Assembly (NCBI GenBank): GCA_045605805.1
Contig: JAZUQR010000008.1
Coordinates: 1 to 64,000 of the forward strand
Reading direction: 5' to 3'
From: Alphaproteobacteria bacterium
GTDB lineage: Bacteria; Pseudomonadota; Alphaproteobacteria; CAAHEQ01; UBA3637
DNA: 64,000 nt
The translations under genes were made by a program, and so were the position numbers. This document shows, piece after piece, positions 49,815-58,806 of the stretch. Under the pieces are notes generated by a model that saw only the letters and a program-made list of their open reading frames with translations, was not told the origin of the DNA and did no database searches. How positions within the stretch are numbered: position 1 is the stretch's first letter; each line of letters begins with the position of its first letter.

Positions 49815-50408
49815 ATGCGTAAAGATCAAGTCAGTCGTAATCAAAGAATTCATATGCCCAGGAAGGTAGAAAACGTTTCGGGGCAATTAATGCTACCTGT
49901 GGATGTTGCTTCTGTAAAGCAAGCATTTGCAACAGCTAATGACAAACGATTTAAATATGCTGATGCGCTGGATCAAGCAACCAAAGAAGATCCGGAATTG
50001 CATCAAATTTCAACAATTCCAAGCGATTCAAGCGAATTAATTGTTATAACGAAACTTAAAAAACTGGGGGCTTATATTCTAGCCGTGACGGTTAAATCGC
50101 CGGCCAAATTTAGACCTGTTTTTATCAATCGGATGCAAAATTACAGCTTGTCGGCTTTGGAAAATTTATTGAATGCTAATTTTATTCGGATGGATAGCCC
50201 CGAACATAAAGCCCAGCGAGAAAAGCATCAAACGGATGCACTCATTCAGTTAAAAATGGTGGCATATGTTGCAATGCTGTCGGAAAATGCAAAGTGTATT
50301 TTGATGAGGCAGTATAAACAAATATCAATTCAGGTTGGTGAAATTATTAACCTGATTATGGCATGGAAAAAAAGTGATGATAAACAATGGCAAACAAAAA
50401 AGTTTTGA
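49815..50408 (+). CDS. avd: DGR accessory variability determinant (four-helix bundle)
   Basis: SPAKFR...NRMQ...LENLLNAN...R...Q..A...L...QY..IS....EI...I.AW; lies immediately 5' of TR and RT; start uncertain. Confidence 0.82.
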   Translation: MRKDQVSRNQRIHMPRKVENVSGQLMLPVDVASVKQAFATANDKRFKYADALDQATKEDPELHQISTIPSDSSELIVITKLKKLGAYILAVTVKSPAKFRPVFINRMQNYSLSALENLLNANFIRMDSPEHKAQREKHQTDALIQLKMVAYVAMLSENAKCILMRQYKQISIQVGEIINLIMAWKKSDDKQWQTKKF

Positions 50409-50447
50409 ATCCGAAAGGGTCAAAAGAGGGAAAGTTGATAATGCGTA

Positions 50448-50566
50448 TTGTGCCTCTTGGTCCGCGTCTTCAAATGAAAATGAAAACGTGCGTTGCGTCA
50501 ACTATAAGGGCGATAAGAACTGGAATAACACGAATAAACGTAAAATCTCGGCGCGCCCCGATTTGC
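50448..50566 (+). repeat. DGR template repeat (TR)
   Basis: 119 bp ungapped match to 52074-52192; all 23 mismatches are at A in this copy; rich in AAY codons. Confidence 0.97.
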
Positions 50567-50821
50567 TTTTAAGGAGAACAACAAAATGTGGTCGGCAAAG
50601 ACACAGATCTCTGAAACAAGCCAGATATGTGGATTTTAGAAAAAATCCGCCCGTGCTTAAAGCAAAGGAAACTTTCTCTTTTCTAACCGCTGTCAGCTTA
50701 ATGCTCAGTGCGGTGGAAGAAGTAAAAATGCAAAGTTTGCGTTTTATGGGGTATCACATATATTGACACGTCTTGTTTTAATATATTATCGGGTACCCCT
50801 TTTTTACAACAAAAGAGAACG

Positions 50822-51871
50822 ATGAAGATAGAAGAGATATTTACATTTGAAAACTTGGTTGCGGCCCACAAAGCATGTCGGCTGAGTAAGCAACATAAAC
50901 GAGGAACAATCATGTTTGAAATTGAATTGGGGCGTAATGTCACCAATCTGGTCAAACAATTGACGGCTAGAACATATCGTTTAAGTCCTTACAGATCCTT
51001 TACCATTTATGATCCGAAGAAAAGATTAATTGAAGCGTTACCCTACAAAGACAGAGTGGTTTTAATGTGCTTTTGTCAGCATTCGGTAGCTCCCCGGCTA
51101 GAGAGACACCTGATTTATGACAATGCCGCTTCACGCAAAGAAAAAGGAACGCATTTTGCGGTAGAGAGATTGCATTCATTTATGCGAAAGCTGTACATCA
51201 AAAACAAAACAAATCGGATTTATTTTTTGAAATGCGATATCAGGAAATATTTTCAAAGCATCAATCATGAGATTTTATTGGAACTGTTGGCCAAGACCGG
51301 TTTTTCGGCTGATGAGATGTGGTTTTTAAGGATGATCATTGAATCACACGGTTCCATCGGGTTGCCTTTGGGTAATCAGACCAGCCAATGGTTTGCCTTG
51401 CTTTATTTGAACGGAATGGACAGGCTGATTAAAGAACGTCTGCGTATGTCCTGTTATGTGCGCTATATGGATGATTTTGTTATCCTAAGCGAAGATAAAG
51501 CCAAATTACAGCTGTGTAGAAAGCAAATTGATGAATATGTCAAAGGATTAAAGCTGTCCTTAAATCAAAAGACACAAATCGGGCTGTTATCGGATGGTAT
51601 TGATTTTTTGGGATTTAACCACAAATTATCGGCCACAGGTAAGATTATCAAATCTTTGCGTGGATCGGCCAAAAGCCGCCAAAGAAAATACCTGAAAACC
51701 ATCCGTCATTACTATTTGAATGATGTCCTGGATGATGAGTACCTAGACGTCCGTTTAGCCTCGTTTCGCGGGCATTTAAAGGGGACTAAGAACTGGATCC
51801 ATATCAGCAACCGCTTGGCTTCCTTAAAACACGAGAAACGCCGTACAAAAAAAATTGTTGCAGAACAATAA
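50822..51871 (+). CDS. DGR reverse transcriptase
   Basis: KCDIRKYF, GLPLGNQTSQ, YVRYMDDF, GIDFLG; no maturase or endonuclease domain. Confidence 0.96.
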   Translation: MKIEEIFTFENLVAAHKACRLSKQHKRGTIMFEIELGRNVTNLVKQLTARTYRLSPYRSFTIYDPKKRLIEALPYKDRVVLMCFCQHSVAPRLERHLIYDNAASRKEKGTHFAVERLHSFMRKLYIKNKTNRIYFLKCDIRKYFQSINHEILLELLAKTGFSADEMWFLRMIIESHGSIGLPLGNQTSQWFALLYLNGMDRLIKERLRMSCYVRYMDDFVILSEDKAKLQLCRKQIDEYVKGLKLSLNQKTQIGLLSDGIDFLGFNHKLSATGKIIKSLRGSAKSRQRKYLKTIRHYYLNDVLDDEYLDVRLASFRGHLKGTKNWIHISNRLASLKHEKRRTKKIVAEQ

Positions 51872-51886
51872 ATTGTATGATATACT
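51858..51886 (+). promoter_or_regulatory. sigma70-like promoter for the DGR target operon
   Basis: TTGCAG-17 nt-TATACT with TG extension, overlapping the RT stop. Confidence 0.55.
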
Positions 51887-51915
51887 GGGAGTATAAGCTA
51901 AATTAGGAGGCTCAT

Positions 51916-53865
51916 ATGGACTTTACGTTTTTGAAGGAAGATCAGATATGGGGCGATGGTGCCCTAGATGTAATGAAGCGTTATGGCACGAAGGTTGCGC
52001 CAACGGATCTGACAGTCATATTGGGTGGTTATATGACTGGTGGAGGTGATCGTACTTCTGAAGATGATCTAACTTGTGCCTCTTGGTCCGCGTCTTCAGA
52101 TGGACATGGAGGCGTGCGTTGCGTCCGCTGTGAGGGCGATGAGCACTGGGGTGGCACGCATGGACGTGTGATCTCGGCGCGCCCCGCTTTGCCTCCATCG
52201 GAGGCATCTAAAATCAGCCCGAGCGAAGCGAGAGCTATCGCTGGAATCCGCGTAGCGGAATATGGGGAATACCCGCAAACGGTCGCCGATGAACGCACCA
52301 GCGAGAAATTAGAAAGATTACATGATTCAAGATCTCTCCGTCCGACCGGAAAAAATTACACATTTGATTCAGTTGGTTTAACCGATTATGACACGTCTTT
52401 TAAGGCCACATCCTATCAGGAATATGAAATGGATGGCAAAAGGTATATCCGCGTTCCTGGACGGCCTGCTGACGACGATAGCAAACTATCTACTGGGGAA
52501 CAGGTAGAGTCCGGAAAACCCTACTGGGTTGAGGTCCAACCGATAGAATGGCTGATGGATAGAAGCGGCACAATGGTCGCCAAAAAATGCTTATTCGCCG
52601 GTATTCAATTTGATACAAAGAGCTCATATGACGGTGACTTCTCTAAAACGTCCATGAAACACTATTTGGACACTTATTTTGCCAAAGAAATGGAGCCAAC
52701 CGGACGTGTGGCCGCAAGAACGGTATCAAGAGACTATGAAGAAGAGCCGGAAAGAAAAGAACCCGTTAAAAAGAAAGAACCGACAGCCAGACAGAAGAAA
52801 TACGGGATCGAGGTATCTGATGAGCCTATGCCCGTCAAGGACCAAATAAACTTCTATATTCAAAACGGAATGAGCTTCATGCTCCATGGCCCGTCCGGTG
52901 TCGGTAAATCACAACGTGTGAAAGAAATTGATCCGGATTTGACCTCAATTACGCTGTGTAACGGAATTTTGCCTGAAGATGTTATCGGTAAAACAATCTA
53001 TCCAAACGGCGTGGGAGCCGATGGGGCCTCCGGTGGTGTTTGGGTGCCGCCTAAGTGGTACACGGATTTGTGCAGAAAATGCGAAACAGAACCGGACAAA
53101 CAGCACGTCTTATTTATCGATGAAGTGACCAATGCGCGTGAAACAACACAAAGTTTGATCTATCACGTAGCGTTGGAAAAATCAATTGCCCAGGGCGTTG
53201 GCAAACTGCCTAATAATGCTGTGGTCGTATTGGCCGGTAACAGCAAGGAAGAATCAGGAGCCGCTTATAACATGCCGGCCCCGTTGTTCAGACGTTTAAG
53301 CCATATTTACTTGGACTTGAATATTCAGGATTGGTTGGAATGGGGCTCGGAACACAGCAAGAGCCATCCGGAAGATCCGGATCGCTTAAACATCCATCCA
53401 TTAGTCGCCAGTTTTGTGGCAACCTACGGACGGCAAGTGTTCTATTCCGAGTATGATGAAGAAAACCCCGGCAAGTTTGCACTTGACCCACGAAAATGGG
53501 AAAAAGTATCAGATAAAATCTACGCTAATAAGGGTATGATGCGCCGTGAGATTTTGGAAGCTGATATCGGGCCTGAGTTGGCGGCCAGTTTGTTGTCTTA
53601 TGCTAAAAATCCGCCGCTATCCCTGGAAGAAGTGATTGAGGGCGAATATACCCGCGAGGATATTCCTACGGGACAGGATGCCCGTTTGGCGTTGGCGTTG
53701 AGTTTGCGTCATGCAACACCGAAACAAGTCGGGAAAGTACGTCAATTTGTTGAAACACAGTTAGGCGCAGAAAATCGTGCGATTTTTGACTCTGTTTGGG
53801 TGGGCAAGGATGATACACGCGCCATGCAGATTGCCACTTTACATAACTTAAAGGGAGGAAGATAA
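51916..53865 (+). CDS. DGR target: N-terminal CLec/DUF6273-like variable domain fused to a MoxR-type AAA+ ATPase
   Basis: VR at codons 54-92; Walker A GPSGVGKS, Walker B VLFIDE, LAGN, PLFRR, PRKWE. Confidence 0.9.
   Translation: MDFTFLKEDQIWGDGALDVMKRYGTKVAPTDLTVILGGYMTGGGDRTSEDDLTCASWSASSDGHGGVRCVRCEGDEHWGGTHGRVISARPALPPSEASKISPSEARAIAGIRVAEYGEYPQTVADERTSEKLERLHDSRSLRPTGKNYTFDSVGLTDYDTSFKATSYQEYEMDGKRYIRVPGRPADDDSKLSTGEQVESGKPYWVEVQPIEWLMDRSGTMVAKKCLFAGIQFDTKSSYDGDFSKTSMKHYLDTYFAKEMEPTGRVAARTVSRDYEEEPERKEPVKKKEPTARQKKYGIEVSDEPMPVKDQINFYIQNGMSFMLHGPSGVGKSQRVKEIDPDLTSITLCNGILPEDVIGKTIYPNGVGADGASGGVWVPPKWYTDLCRKCETEPDKQHVLFIDEVTNARETTQSLIYHVALEKSIAQGVGKLPNNAVVVLAGNSKEESGAAYNMPAPLFRRLSHIYLDLNIQDWLEWGSEHSKSHPEDPDRLNIHPLVASFVATYGRQVFYSEYDEENPGKFALDPRKWEKVSDKIYANKGMMRREILEADIGPELAASLLSYAKNPPLSLEEVIEGEYTREDIPTGQDARLALALSLRHATPKQVGKVRQFVETQLGAENRAIFDSVWVGKDDTRAMQIATLHNLKGGR
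52074..52192 (+). repeat. DGR variable repeat (VR)
   Basis: TR copy with 17 A>G, 5 A>C and 1 A>T changes and no other differences. Confidence 0.97.
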
Positions 53866-53866
53866 A

Positions 53867-54331
53867 ATGTCATTAAAAGAAATACTCGAAAAAAGTCGGA
53901 AAAAACGCAAGAATGGCTTAGTCATTGGGCCTGATATAGGATGGCTTGGTCCGAAACCCGCCCGAACAAAAGCCGAAAAGATTAATCAAATCAAAACGGA
54001 ATTTATTGATGATAGAGCTTTGTTGATTGTCGGAGCTAAAGCATCCGATTTTGCAGAATATCCGAAGATAGAGGCTGATATCTCAGTTCAACGTTTGATT
54101 CAATATATGGATACGTTTGAAAAAACGGAAGATCATAAAGGTTTCTTGGTCATTGATGGGTTAGACAATATACCTGAATCTGAACAGGAAAAGTTTGTCC
54201 CCTTGTTAAAAGATCGGCAGATTTTATCCAGTAAGCTGCCAAATGAAGTTCAAATTTTGGTTCCTGTGAAAAAAATTGAAGACATTTCAAAAAGGATAAA
54301 ATCTCTGATATTTCCTCTGAAGGTGGTATAA
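53867..54331 (+). CDS. degenerate AAA-like protein (Walker B-like region, no Walker A)
   Basis: KGFLVIDGLDNIPESEQEKFVPLLKDR resembles a Walker B and following helix. Confidence 0.5.
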   Translation: MSLKEILEKSRKKRKNGLVIGPDIGWLGPKPARTKAEKINQIKTEFIDDRALLIVGAKASDFAEYPKIEADISVQRLIQYMDTFEKTEDHKGFLVIDGLDNIPESEQEKFVPLLKDRQILSSKLPNEVQILVPVKKIEDISKRIKSLIFPLKVV

Positions 54332-56178
54332 TGATCAAAGATGTTTTAAAACAACAAGAAGAAATTCAATATATCAAGGAACAGGTTTTAGCCAAGTTTC
54401 CCTTACTTGGTGTGACGATGATGCCTTTGTCGGTTGTTCCTGATGATAGAATTGGGACAGCGGCCACGGATGGACATAAAATTATCTATTCTCCAAAGTT
54501 TTTTAACACCTTATCGGACGAACAAAAACAATTTGTCTTTGCGCATGAAGTGATGCATGTCGCTTTTAACCATATTTTGCGCAGTAAGGGTCGTAATCAA
54601 AGATTGTGGAATATCGCAACCGATTCTGTTATCAACCAAATCTTGAAAAATGAAAAATTGCCATTAGCGGAAGGTGGCGTTGATATTGCAGAAGCTGTCA
54701 ATCATTCGGCCGAGGAAATGTACGAAAAACTTTTGAAAAAGAAAGAACAGCGCGATCAGGAAAAACAGCAAAATCAAGAGCAAGATCAACAGCAACAACA
54801 ATCACAATCCGGTGGGACGGACCAGCCTCAGGATCAGGATGCACAAAATCAGCCTGAACAGGAACAACCTCAGGATCAAGACGGACAAAATCAATCCGGA
54901 CAAGACCAGCCTCAGGATCAAGACGGGCAAAAGGGACAAGAACAATCCGATCAACAATCAGACGGTTCAGAAAATCAAGATGAACAAAACAAAAATTCAT
55001 CAGAAGGCTCGGAAGGATCCGAACAACAGAAAGATCAATCTCAAGATGGTGATTCAAACTCTGAACAAAACAGTTCTTCCGGTCAGGGAGACGAAAATCA
55101 ATCTGATTCAAATTCCGAACAATCAAGCGACAATCAACAAGGATCCTCTAAACCTCAAAAAGGTGGTCAACGTTCGCAATCCGGTTCTTCCTCTCAATCA
55201 GAAGACACCGACTGGGATGACAGCAATATCGATTGGGACAATGAAGATGAACAAGTAGGCCACGATACACATGATATTTGGAAAGAAGCAGTTGAGCAAG
55301 CAGAACGTGAAGAACAACGAAAACAGGAAGCATCCAAAAAGAAAAGTTTATGGGATAAACTAAAAGAGAACATGGGGCAAAAAGAAGTTAAAGAGGATCA
55401 GCAAGGCGAACCTCAAGAAAAAGAAGCTCCTGTACCGCAAGATGAAAACATGGATGCGTATGAAAAAGGCTTCTTGGCAGAAAATCAAGAAAAACGTCAT
55501 GAGATGGCCGAACAGGTGCGCGAACAATTAAACAGGATAAAAGGAAGCCTCCGTCAATCAAATGATCATACCACAGTCGGGGATGTTGGGGAAACTCAAA
55601 CGCCGGTGGTTGATTGGAAAAAAATGCTTAAAAAATCTTTTGATGAAGAGCGTGATCGTTGGTCCTATCGTCGTTCCGGTTCTGAAAACGACTATATGGC
55701 TCGGGTAGAAGAATTGGAAGATGAAGGCCGTCCGGATACTGAGGTTATGTTGGATGTCAGCGGTTCTGTAAATATCCGCTTGTTACGTGAATTTTTAAGA
55801 CAACTTAAACCGTTACTTAAATCCTCTAAATTAAAGGTCGGTTGCTTTGATGAGTTTGTTTATGATTTTAAAGAAATAAAGACAAAAGAAGATATTGATC
55901 ATTTTCAAATTACGGCAACATCTCAATGGACTGAAAACTGGGATGCGGCTGTCCGGGCATTTTCTAAGAAAAAAGAAGTGAATAAAATTATTTTTACAGA
56001 CGGATATCCATGCCCAGGAACAATGCCTAAAGAAGATTTAAAGGGTAAGAATGTTATTTGGATAGTTTATGGAAATAAAGATTTTAATCCATGCTGTGGT
56101 AAAGTCATCCAGGTTTCTGAACGACAACTTCAGTCGTATATTCAGACGGCCGCTCCACTTTCTAGAGGTGGAAGATAA
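54331..56178 (+). CDS. DUF2201-type HExxH metallopeptidase-like + vWA domain protein (MoxR partner)
   Basis: TAATDG...AHEVMH...RLWNIATD..IN; Q/D/S-rich linker; MIDAS DVSGS and FTDG. Confidence 0.88.
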   Translation: MIKDVLKQQEEIQYIKEQVLAKFPLLGVTMMPLSVVPDDRIGTAATDGHKIIYSPKFFNTLSDEQKQFVFAHEVMHVAFNHILRSKGRNQRLWNIATDSVINQILKNEKLPLAEGGVDIAEAVNHSAEEMYEKLLKKKEQRDQEKQQNQEQDQQQQQSQSGGTDQPQDQDAQNQPEQEQPQDQDGQNQSGQDQPQDQDGQKGQEQSDQQSDGSENQDEQNKNSSEGSEGSEQQKDQSQDGDSNSEQNSSSGQGDENQSDSNSEQSSDNQQGSSKPQKGGQRSQSGSSSQSEDTDWDDSNIDWDNEDEQVGHDTHDIWKEAVEQAEREEQRKQEASKKKSLWDKLKENMGQKEVKEDQQGEPQEKEAPVPQDENMDAYEKGFLAENQEKRHEMAEQVREQLNRIKGSLRQSNDHTTVGDVGETQTPVVDWKKMLKKSFDEERDRWSYRRSGSENDYMARVEELEDEGRPDTEVMLDVSGSVNIRLLREFLRQLKPLLKSSKLKVGCFDEFVYDFKEIKTKEDIDHFQITATSQWTENWDAAVRAFSKKKEVNKIIFTDGYPCPGTMPKEDLKGKNVIWIVYGNKDFNPCCGKVIQVSERQLQSYIQTAAPLSRGGR

Positions 56179-56220
56179 GGTACAACGCCATTCTTAGGCG
56201 ATGAATGGGAAAGTGTTAAA

Positions 56221-58803
56221 TTAATATAAATTAGCCTCAAAAATTTGATAAAGGTCAAATTCTATACCGTCAACGCCTCTGATGAGGTCTATTTCATCTT
56301 CGGCGGCGACATCAATTCGGGCCTGATCTAAAAACAAGCCTTCTTCTTTTCGTTTAAGCTCTTTTTCAGCGACATTCAGCTGTTTTTGAATTCTTAATTC
56401 CGTGAGCCGGTCTGAAGCGGAGGATATTGTCTCACGAATTTTTTTAACCTCTTGCCTTGCTTCTGAAATGTTTTGCTCTAGGACAGATTTTTGGCGGCTG
56501 GCTTTTATTTTAATTAAATCAACATCCGTATCAAACTTTTTGGTATAATCATTTACATAACGTTCCTTAAGGTCGCGCTGGATGCGTGTATCTAACAAAT
56601 CTCGCGATGAACCGCCAGTCGTTTTTAGCCAATACGGATTCCTCTTTTCTTCAGCTATAAATTCACTAACCGGTTGATTGATAATTTTTTGGCATTCCTC
56701 ATCAGTCATGAGCCGTCCATCAGGTGTCGTACCAACCAAAATGTCATACTCTGATAAATACTGCCGGCGGCGATTACGTAAGACGATGTTATAGAACTTT
56801 ATATTGCATTTTTCTGTTGGCTCAACGGTTTTAATGTCCGCTTTGTCAGAGCATGATATTTCTTGTAAAATACCACGAACAAGCACGGATGTTAAAGTGA
56901 TGCGCCCTGCGACCGGCTTAAAATCTTTACTCATTCCATAAGTCCTGCGACCGGTGTATGGCACATTTCTTGTGCCGGTGTAATAGTAAAACATGTGCGG
57001 CAATTCTTCATCGTCCGGTAAAGTCAGCGTTTGATTGAAGTCATCGATCACATATTCCGGATGCTTTGTCGCAAAATAAAACTTCACAACTTCCCATAAA
57101 TCTTTATTCAAGAACTCCGCTTGTTCCTCTATGTATTTCGGCGAAACGGACACTTTCTCGGCAATATCTTTGGTAAAAGTGGTAAAGAGAGAACTTTCAG
57201 CCGCTGAAACAATGCGCTCATTCGGTTCGCGGTTTACTTCCAAGTTTGTTTCCATATCTGCGCGTATATCACTAAGCGTGCGGCGTTTTTGCAAAACATC
57301 TTCCAGTTTAACATCAAAATTACCGACAATATCGTCCGACATACCAAAAATGCCTTCAAATTGCAGGGTACGCTTGTTTATCAGCTCCAAAATACGGACA
57401 TCCGAGATATTTTCTTTGCTTAAAAGATTGATAACTAAAACATCGGATTGCTGGCCTTGTCGGTGGCAACGACAGATACGCTGTTCCATTTCCACGGCGT
57501 TATAAAGTAAATCATAGTTAACCACAACTGGACAATATTCAATATCCAAGCCTTTGGCCATAGCATCACTACAAATTAAAATTTGCAAATCTTTTTCTGC
57601 CCGAAAACGTGGCAGAGCATCATTTTCTGTATGCTTGATGACATTATATCCGGCGGTTTTAAGCAAATTTGCCAAAACTGGCACGGTGGCAAGATTATCC
57701 ACGAACACAATCGCTTTTTGTGTTTCTTTACGCAATTTTAAGTGTGCAAATGTCGTTTTAATAGCTTTTAGAAATTCTTCCATTTTGGCGGTTTGCGTAA
57801 TTTTTGCCGCCATATCGCGCATTGATTCCAAAATAACACGTTCATCGCCTTGTGTTCGCTCAATAGGTGCTTCCAACATTGTGGCAAATGCTTGTGGTGA
57901 TGAGGCCAAAATGTGGTAAAACATCAAAGTCAGTTGATAATTATCCATTTGCGGATAAGCCTGCTTTTCAGCTAAATTTAAGTATTTTTCGGTTAAATCA
58001 TAAATTTTCTTTTCATCATCTTTTGGTACGTAGTTCAAAACAATCGGTAAGCGACGTGTAAAGTTTACATACTGGCTCGCTTGGCTTTTAAGGGTACGAA
58101 AAGCGAATTGTGATACCCAATTTGATAGTTCTGGATAGTTTTCGGGCTTTCTGAAATACCGGCGATAAAAACTGTCAGGATCCGGCAGAACGCTTTCATC
58201 AATAAAATGTATCAATCCGTAAATATCCATGATACTCATTGTGATCGGCGTTGGCGTTAAAAGCAGTTTGAAAGCATCGCCGACAGCACCCTTAATGGTT
58301 GCAACTGATTTATTGTCCGGCTTAAAAAGAAAATCAGCCTCATCAAACACGGCCAAATCCCAACGAATGCTTTTGACTTTTTCTGCCTCACGGATAACAT
58401 CATCGTATGTGACAAGGCAAATACCTTTACTATCGGCAGTATATTCGGCCCATTTGATAACCGGCAAGGTGAACTCTTCATCAAGTTTTTGTTGCCATTG
58501 TGCCATAAGGTTTTGGGGTAAAACAACCAATATATGTTCTTTTCCCTCGTACCAACGTTGAACTACTACAAGCAAAGCCTCATAAGTTTTACCGAGTGAG
58601 CCTTCATCACATAAAATGCAACCTTTAATCAACCTAGATCGCAGGGCAAAACGGGCCGCGGCTATTTGATAAGGTAATACTTTAATTTTTGAAGAAGCAT
58701 AAACCGCCAGTAAATTATCGTCATCGCGAAAACTGGCCAATCGTCTGGCTTCCACCATAGCGGCAAATTCGGATACAAAACGATACGGCTTAGTCTCTTC
58801 CAT
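56221..58803 (-). CDS. SNF2-family helicase-like protein, RM-associated
   Basis: PYQ, DEGSLGKT, FDEAD, EQRICRCHRQGQ; C-terminal coiled coil. Confidence 0.85.
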   Translation of the reverse strand: MEETKPYRFVSEFAAMVEARRLASFRDDDNLLAVYASSKIKVLPYQIAAARFALRSRLIKGCILCDEGSLGKTYEALLVVVQRWYEGKEHILVVLPQNLMAQWQQKLDEEFTLPVIKWAEYTADSKGICLVTYDDVIREAEKVKSIRWDLAVFDEADFLFKPDNKSVATIKGAVGDAFKLLLTPTPITMSIMDIYGLIHFIDESVLPDPDSFYRRYFRKPENYPELSNWVSQFAFRTLKSQASQYVNFTRRLPIVLNYVPKDDEKKIYDLTEKYLNLAEKQAYPQMDNYQLTLMFYHILASSPQAFATMLEAPIERTQGDERVILESMRDMAAKITQTAKMEEFLKAIKTTFAHLKLRKETQKAIVFVDNLATVPVLANLLKTAGYNVIKHTENDALPRFRAEKDLQILICSDAMAKGLDIEYCPVVVNYDLLYNAVEMEQRICRCHRQGQQSDVLVINLLSKENISDVRILELINKRTLQFEGIFGMSDDIVGNFDVKLEDVLQKRRTLSDIRADMETNLEVNREPNERIVSAAESSLFTTFTKDIAEKVSVSPKYIEEQAEFLNKDLWEVVKFYFATKHPEYVIDDFNQTLTLPDDEELPHMFYYYTGTRNVPYTGRRTYGMSKDFKPVAGRITLTSVLVRGILQEISCSDKADIKTVEPTEKCNIKFYNIVLRNRRRQYLSEYDILVGTTPDGRLMTDEECQKIINQPVSEFIAEEKRNPYWLKTTGGSSRDLLDTRIQRDLKERYVNDYTKKFDTDVDLIKIKASRQKSVLEQNISEARQEVKKIRETISSASDRLTELRIQKQLNVAEKELKRKEEGLFLDQARIDVAAEDEIDLIRGVDGIEFDLYQIFEANLY

Positions 58804-58806
58804 AAT

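Noticed and set aside
50374-50766. 130-aa ORF resembling the DGR target (CASWSASS...ISARP)
   Set aside because: It is the template repeat read in frame; the TR acts as RNA and the ORF has no convincing RBS or start
50822-51871. RT as a group II intron or retron
   Set aside because: It is short, lacks maturase/endonuclease domains and a VTG motif, has the GNQTSQ signature, and is accompanied by Avd and a TR/VR pair
52021-52073. Gly-rich codons just upstream of the VR as an extension of the VR
   Set aside because: They do not align with the sequence upstream of the TR under the A-only rule
54750-55260. Q/D/S-rich repeats as a separate element, and ORFs 54698-55126 and 54812-55258
   Set aside because: This is the low-complexity linker of the peptidase-vWA protein; the alternative-frame ORFs are shadows
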